Assembly: GCA_031370785.1 (NCBI GenBank) | Contig: JANMQY010000040.1 | Location: forward strand, 1-11,147 | Reading direction: 5' to 3' | Origin: Candidatus Eiseniibacteriota bacterium | Lineage (GTDB): Bacteria; Eisenbacteria; RBG-16-71-46 | DNA: 11,147 nt | Shown here: one piece after another, positions 6,769-11,147 of the stretch | How positions within the stretch are numbered: position 1 is the first letter of the stretch | Layout of the letters: each line of letters begins with the position of its first letter | Notes under the pieces: generated by a model | The model's input: the letters and a program-made list of their open reading frames with translations, nothing else | What the model was told of the DNA's origin: nothing | Database searches by the model: none | Translations under genes and position numbers: made by a program

Positions 6769-8853
6769 GTGACTCACCTGCGTGCAATGTTTCTCACCCT
6801 GACGGCCGCGCTGCTGCTGGGCGCTGGCGCGTCGGCCGCCGCGCCCGTAAAGGTGGCGTCCAGGTCCAGCACGACGGTCACCAAGAAGATGGTCACGAAG
6901 GCCGCCGCCGTCGATGCTCCGTTCTGGTCCGGCCATCCGGACGCCAAGTCATTCGCCGGGATCGAGGAGCAGCGTGTCGCCCGTGCGAAGGCCGCGATCG
7001 CGCGCATGCTGGCGGTCAAGGGTCCGCGCACGATCGCGAACACGCTGCGGCCCTACGATGACGCACTGCTCCAGCTCGACGCCGCCAACTCGCAGGCCGG
7101 ACTGATCTCCGAGGTGCATCCCGACTCCGCGTTGCGCGTGACCGGGGAGAAGGCCGCGCAGATGGTGGCCGCGTACTTCACCGAGCTGCAGCTCGACCGC
7201 AAGGTGTACGACGCGCTCACCGCACTCGACCTCGGGAAGGTGGACGCGGAGACCAAGTTCTATGTCGAGAAGCAGCTCCGCGAGTTCCGGCTCGCCGGCG
7301 TGGACAAGGACGCCGCGACTCGCGCGAAGATCAAAGCGCTGAACGACACGCTGGTCGAGACCAGCCAGGCCTTCGGCCGCAACATCCGCGAGGACCACTC
7401 GACGGTGATCGCCAGGAGCGCGGCCGACCTCGACGGGCTGCCTGCGGATTACATTGCCCGCCACAAGCCGGCCGCCGACGGCTCGATCACGCTGACCATC
7501 GATTATCCGGACGCCGTCCCGATCTTCTCGTATGCGAACAACGAGGATCTGCGCAAGCGGATGTTCATGACCTACAACAACCGCGCCTATCCGAAGAACA
7601 TGGCGGTGCTCGACAGCCTGGCCGCGCAGCGCTACCGCCTCGCGCGGCTGTGCGGATATCCGACCTGGGCCGACTGCATCACCGCGAACAAGATGGTCGG
7701 AAGCGCGAAGAACGCCGCCGGGTTCATCGACCAGATCGTCGAGCCCTCGGGCCCCCGCGCCATGCGCGAGTACGGCGTGTTGCTCAAGCGCAAGCAGCAG
7801 GACGCGCCGACGGCCAGCGTGGTGAATCTGTGGGAGTCGAACTACTACAGCGAGAAGGTGCGGCGCTCGGACTACAACTTCGATTCACAGCAGGTGCGCC
7901 CCTACTTCCAGTACGACAAGGTGAAGGACGGCGTGCTCGGCGTGACCAGCAAGCTGTTCGGCGTCGAGTACCGGCGCGTGCCCGATGCGCCGGTCTGGCA
8001 CCCCGCGGTCGAGTGCTACGAGATGTTCGAGGGCGGCAAGCTGGTCGGACGCTTCTATCTCGACATGCATCCGCGCCCCAACAAGTACAACCACGCCGCT
8101 CAGTTCGACGTGCGCACCGGCGTCGAGGGACGTCAGATCCCCGAGGCCGCGCTGATCTGCAACTTCCCGGGCGGCCAGGCCGGGGATCCGGGCCTGATGG
8201 AGTACAGCGATGTCCGCACCTTCTTCCACGAGTTCGGGCACCTGATCCACACCCTGTTCGCGGGGCACCATCAGTGGGTCGGGATCGGCGGCATCAGCAC
8301 CGAGCGCGACTTCGTCGAGGCCCCCTCGCAGATGCTGGAAGAGTGGACCGAGAATCCCGAGGTGCTGGCCACGTTTGCCAACCACTACCAGACCAACCAG
8401 CCGATCCCAGCCCAGCTTGTGTTGCAGATGAAGCGCGCGAACGAGTTCGGCAAGGGCCTGGGCGTGCGGCGGCAGATGGTGTACGCCAAGCTCTCGCTGT
8501 CGATCTACGACCGCGATCCCGCGCAGGTCAACACCGATCAGCTCGTGCAGGAGCTGGTCTCCAGATACCAGCCGTTCCCGTATGTGCCTGGCACGCACCT
8601 GCAGTGCGCGTTCGGCCACCTCGATGGCTATTCGGCCGTGTACTACACGTACATGTGGTCGCTGGTCATCGCCAAGGACATGTTCGCCCAGTTCAAGAAG
8701 GAGGACATGCTCAAGCCGGGCGCCGCGACGCGCTATCGCAATCTCGTGCTCGCGCCGGGTGGCTCGATGCCGGCCGCGATGCTGGTCGAACACTTCATCG
8801 GCCGGCCGTTCAACAACAAGGCGTGGACGGTGTGGCTGAACGAAGGCGAGTAG
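6769..8853 (+). CDS. M3A family zinc metallopeptidase (thimet oligopeptidase-like) with signal peptide (694 aa)
   Basis: GTG preceded by AGGAGG (6759-6764); ATG 6787 is an alternative start. Motifs YLDMHPRPNK, FFHEFGH (HExxH at 8227-8241), DFVEAPSQMLE and FGHLDGYSAVYYTYMWS. Hydrophobic N-terminus ends in ASAAA. Confidence 0.93.
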   Translation: MTHLRAMFLTLTAALLLGAGASAAAPVKVASRSSTTVTKKMVTKAAAVDAPFWSGHPDAKSFAGIEEQRVARAKAAIARMLAVKGPRTIANTLRPYDDALLQLDAANSQAGLISEVHPDSALRVTGEKAAQMVAAYFTELQLDRKVYDALTALDLGKVDAETKFYVEKQLREFRLAGVDKDAATRAKIKALNDTLVETSQAFGRNIREDHSTVIARSAADLDGLPADYIARHKPAADGSITLTIDYPDAVPIFSYANNEDLRKRMFMTYNNRAYPKNMAVLDSLAAQRYRLARLCGYPTWADCITANKMVGSAKNAAGFIDQIVEPSGPRAMREYGVLLKRKQQDAPTASVVNLWESNYYSEKVRRSDYNFDSQQVRPYFQYDKVKDGVLGVTSKLFGVEYRRVPDAPVWHPAVECYEMFEGGKLVGRFYLDMHPRPNKYNHAAQFDVRTGVEGRQIPEAALICNFPGGQAGDPGLMEYSDVRTFFHEFGHLIHTLFAGHHQWVGIGGISTERDFVEAPSQMLEEWTENPEVLATFANHYQTNQPIPAQLVLQMKRANEFGKGLGVRRQMVYAKLSLSIYDRDPAQVNTDQLVQELVSRYQPFPYVPGTHLQCAFGHLDGYSAVYYTYMWSLVIAKDMFAQFKKEDMLKPGAATRYRNLVLAPGGSMPAAMLVEHFIGRPFNNKAWTVWLNEGE

Positions 8854-8871
8854 GCGAGGCGCGATCGCGCT

Positions 8872-8919
8872 GAAACGACGAGGGCCGGCCCCGCGAGGGC
8901 GCCGGCCCTTCGTGTTTTC
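8872..8919. terminator. Probable bidirectional intrinsic terminator between converging genes
   Basis: AGGGCCGGC (8881-8889) pairs with GCCGGCCCT (8901-8909) around an inner CCC-GCGA-GGG (GNRA loop). It is flanked by GAAACGACG on the left and TCGTGTTTTC on the right. Confidence 0.7.
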
Positions 8920-8930
8920 GAGCGGACGCG

Positions 8931-8989
8931 CTCAGCCCGCCATGCTGCTCTCGCCTTTGCGCACCGTGCCGGCCAGTTCGTCGGTGTGG
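8931..8989 (-). repeat. Direct repeat copy 1: duplicate of the lipA 3' end, forming the C-terminus of ORF 8932-9921
   Basis: CTCAGCCCGCCATGCTGCTCTCGCCTTTGCGCACCGTGCCGGCCAGTTCGTCGGTGTGG is 55/59 identical to 9964-10022. On the minus strand it encodes HTDELAGTVRKGESSMAG*. Confidence 0.97.
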
Positions 8990-9921
8990 GATTGCGTGAG
9001 TTCCATCAGCGTCAACGGGATGAGCACTGGTAGCAACGGGAGAAAGAGCCGAATCTCGCGAAGGTTTCCCACTGAGAGGTGGATGGCGAGAAACGGTGGA
9101 ACCAGGAGCAGGGCGCGTCGAAGGAACACGGGGCGACGCTCCAGGTGGCGCCATGCGTAGAGCAAAGCCAGGTTGAAGAAGGCGAGGGCTTGAACCCAAC
9201 CGGTCCACCTGGCGGCATTCCTGTGCCAGAAACCGCTGACGGCTCCAAGGCCACTCGGGGCGTATGGCGCCTTGAGGCCGAAAACGAACCGGAGGCCGGC
9301 GTAGATCGCGGCTGCAATGATGGCGAGCACCGCTGCGCGCCACAGCCACCGCCGGGGAGAGGTCTGGTCAAAGCGAACACATGCGTAGAGCAGTGGAATC
9401 ATGAGCACGGTCTCGCGGTTGAGCATGCCCAGAACGACGAGGGGAAAAAGCCACGCATCCTTGCCGTCTCGAATCGCCCAGAAGGCGAGGAGAAACACCA
9501 GCATGTTCAAGGGATCAGTGACTTGCATCCCATAGAACAGGTAGGTGAAGGGGAGCACAGCGGCGAACATGAAGTAGCCAAGCAAGGCGACCAGCGGGTC
9601 GAACCATGCGGTGAGATAGCGATAGAAGACAAAAAGAGACGCAGAAGTGAACAACCACCGAAGGGCCGCGTGCGCCCAATCGAACGGAAGGCCGAGACGC
9701 ATGAGCCCTTCGGCCAGGAAAAACGAGAGGAACCGGTACTGCTCCGGATAGGGACCTTGATTTGCGATTATGGCGTTGTGCCAGGAGAGCTGAAAGAGGC
9801 GCTCGGGGTAATCGACCATGCTCCAGTGAAGGAGGCATAGGCCGGCTGCAAGAGCGGCACTGAGATGAACCAGAGCGGCGTTCGAGAGTCTGCGGGAATG
9901 GGCGGTTACGACGGATTCCAT
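8932..9921 (-). CDS. Polytopic membrane protein (329 aa), possible GT-C fold (ArnT/PMT-like) glycosyltransferase, with a lipA-derived C-terminal tail
   Basis: About 8-9 hydrophobic segments with charged loop motifs (PEQYRFL, TDPL, LNRET, NLREIRLF). AGGA lies 10 nt before the ATG. Many A/T-ending codons compared with neighbouring genes. The CDS is well supported; the function is a weak inference. Confidence 0.7.
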   Translation of the reverse strand: MESVVTAHSRRLSNAALVHLSAALAAGLCLLHWSMVDYPERLFQLSWHNAIIANQGPYPEQYRFLSFFLAEGLMRLGLPFDWAHAALRWLFTSASLFVFYRYLTAWFDPLVALLGYFMFAAVLPFTYLFYGMQVTDPLNMLVFLLAFWAIRDGKDAWLFPLVVLGMLNRETVLMIPLLYACVRFDQTSPRRWLWRAAVLAIIAAAIYAGLRFVFGLKAPYAPSGLGAVSGFWHRNAARWTGWVQALAFFNLALLYAWRHLERRPVFLRRALLLVPPFLAIHLSVGNLREIRLFLPLLPVLIPLTLMELTQSHTDELAGTVRKGESSMAG

Positions 9922-9963
9922 GACGTCGAGATCCTGCGAGATGGGCCGATGCGATGGGACAGC

Positions 9964-10022
9964 CTCACCCCGCCTTGCTGCTCTCGCCTTTGCGCACGGT
10001 GCCGGCCAGTTCGTCGGCGTGG
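9964..10022 (-). repeat. Direct repeat copy 2: current 3' end of lipA
   Basis: CTCACCCCGCCTTGCTGCTCTCGCCTTTGCGCACGGTGCCGGCCAGTTCGTCGGCGTGG encodes HADELAGTVRKGESSKAG* on the minus strand. It is offset 1033 bp from copy 1. Confidence 0.97.
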
Positions 10023-11068
10023 AACGAGGAGCGCACCAGCGGGCCCGAGGCCACGCTCTCGAAGCCGATCGCCTCGGCCTGCTCGCCCCACCAGCGGAAG
10101 CGGTCGGGGTGCACGTACTCGATCACCGGCAGGTGATTCGGGCTCGGGCGCAGGTACTGGCCCATGGTGAGCAGGTCGCAGCCGTGCGCGACCAGGTCAC
10201 GCAGGGTCTGCATCAGCTCGTCCTCGCGCTCGCCCAAGCCGAGCATGATTCCGGACTTGGCCTTGATGCCGGTGCCGCTCTCCTTCACGCGCCTGAGCAG
10301 CTCGAGCGAGCGGGCGTAGCGCGCGCTCGGGCGCACGATCGGATGCAGACGCTCGACGGTCTCGATGTTGTGATTGATCACCTCGGGTCCGGCCTCGATC
10401 ACGCGCTGGAGGTCGTCCTCGTGCCCGCGGAAGTCGGGGATCAGCACTTCGATCACGGTCTTGGAGCGCTCGCGGATCGCGCGGATCACCTGCGCGAAGA
10501 TGGTGCTGCCGCCGTCGGCCAGATCGTCGCGCGCGACCGACGTGATCACGGTGTGGCGCAGGTTCATCACGGCCACCGCCTCGCCCACGCGTCGCGGCTC
10601 GTCCCAGTCGACGAATCCATTGGGGCGGCCCGGCGCGACCGCGCAGAAGCCGCAGCGCCGCGTGCACAGCTCGCCCAGGATCATGATGGTCGCGGTGCCG
10701 CGTGACCAGCAGTGCCCGAGGTTCGGGCAGCGTGCTTCCTCGCACACCGTGACCAGCTTCTTCTCGCGCAGCAGCGCCTTGGTCTCGGCGTACTCGCCGG
10801 CACCCGGCAGCTTGACCTTGAGCCAGTCGGGCAGGCGGCGGAACCCGGTCGTCGCGTCGGCGCCGATGCCGGCTCCCGCGCCCGAAGCACAGCCGCCGAA
10901 GCGCGGCGTGAGCGGCACCGCCTGCGGCACCGCGGGACGCGGCGCTCCGTAGACGCGGATGTGTGGCCGTCCGTCGGGGCCGATGGTGACGAGTCCGGCG
11001 TCGGCGGCACGCGGCGGCGAAGCCTCATCCGGGCTTGAGCCGCCTTCGGTCGGAAGGAAGTCGCTCAT
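9965..11068 (-). CDS. lipA: Lipoyl synthase (radical SAM, 367 aa)
   Basis: Auxiliary cluster motif CEEARCPNLGHC (CX4CX5C) and radical SAM motif CTRRCGFC. Also VITSVARDDL, NHNIETV, KSGIMLGLGE, GQYLRP and the C-terminal GPLVRSSFHA. Confidence 0.97.
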   Translation of the reverse strand: MSDFLPTEGGSSPDEASPPRAADAGLVTIGPDGRPHIRVYGAPRPAVPQAVPLTPRFGGCASGAGAGIGADATTGFRRLPDWLKVKLPGAGEYAETKALLREKKLVTVCEEARCPNLGHCWSRGTATIMILGELCTRRCGFCAVAPGRPNGFVDWDEPRRVGEAVAVMNLRHTVITSVARDDLADGGSTIFAQVIRAIRERSKTVIEVLIPDFRGHEDDLQRVIEAGPEVINHNIETVERLHPIVRPSARYARSLELLRRVKESGTGIKAKSGIMLGLGEREDELMQTLRDLVAHGCDLLTMGQYLRPSPNHLPVIEYVHPDRFRWWGEQAEAIGFESVASGPLVRSSFHADELAGTVRKGESSKAG

Positions 11069-11072
11069 CGCA

Positions 11073-11147
11073 TCAGTCCAGGGCCAGGGCCGAGGCCGCG
11101 GCGCCTTTGCCCTTGAGCGCGAGCATGCGGTCGAGCGCGATGCGCGC
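11073..11147 (-). CDS. nadA: C-terminal fragment of a probable quinolinate synthase, entering from the right edge
   Basis: Not in the ORF track. Translates as ARIALDRMLALKGKGAAASALALD*, and AR.AL(D/E)RML is the characteristic C-terminal helix of NadA. The stop lies 4 nt before the lipA ATG. Only 24 residues are visible. Confidence 0.65.
   Translation of the reverse strand, partial: ARIALDRMLALKGKGAAASALALD

Noticed and set aside
7003..7022. 18/20 inverted match to 11110-11129 (RMLAVKG versus RMLALKG)
   Set aside because: The match is short and lies within two unrelated coding regions. Chance similarity under strong codon bias is the likely cause.
8859..8870. 12-bp palindrome GCGCGATCGCGC and frequent CGATCG/CTCGAG words
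   Set aside because: Such words are expected in GC-rich DNA with preferred codon pairs (GCG ATC GCG, CTC GAG). Genome-wide counts would be needed to claim a HIP1-like motif.
9079..9840. 253-aa plus-strand ORF inside the islet
   Set aside because: It is the antisense shadow of a hydrophobic gene, which explains its Glu/Lys/Gln richness. The minus-strand ORF has a coherent TM architecture and fits the operon orientation.
8931..10022. Repeat pair as a diversity-generating retroelement TR/VR pair (one copy is at a gene 3' end)
   Set aside because: The mismatches are not adenine-specific (two are C/G changes), both copies are coding, and no reverse transcriptase is present in the window.
8931..10022. 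IS element, CRISPR array or integron cassette
   Set aside because: There is no transposase and no terminal inverted repeats. Only two 59-bp copies exist, about 1 kb apart, and no attC-like palindrome with RYYYAAC/GTTRRRY ends was seen.

Overview
High-GC bacterial chromosomal segment made up mostly of housekeeping genes. The minus strand carries the start of a GNAT acetyltransferase (cut by the left edge) and cobalamin-dependent methionine synthase metH. A divergent plus-strand run follows: a secreted Cys/His-rich DUF1326-like protein, a SixA-like phosphatase, a hypothetical membrane protein, an SDR oxidoreductase and a secreted M3 metallopeptidase. Converging on this run from the right are the 3' end of a probable nadA, lipoyl synthase lipA and a compositionally atypical polytopic membrane protein. 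The main unusual feature is a 59-bp direct repeat (55/59 identical, 1033 bp apart) that duplicates the 3' end of lipA. It brackets the atypical membrane-protein gene and forms the in-frame C-terminus and stop codon of both genes. This looks like an integrase-less, att-like one-gene insertion into the lipA 3' end that produced a chimeric gene. Candidate promoters, terminators and a hairpin-rich intergenic region are also listed. All family assignments come from motif recognition, not from database searches.
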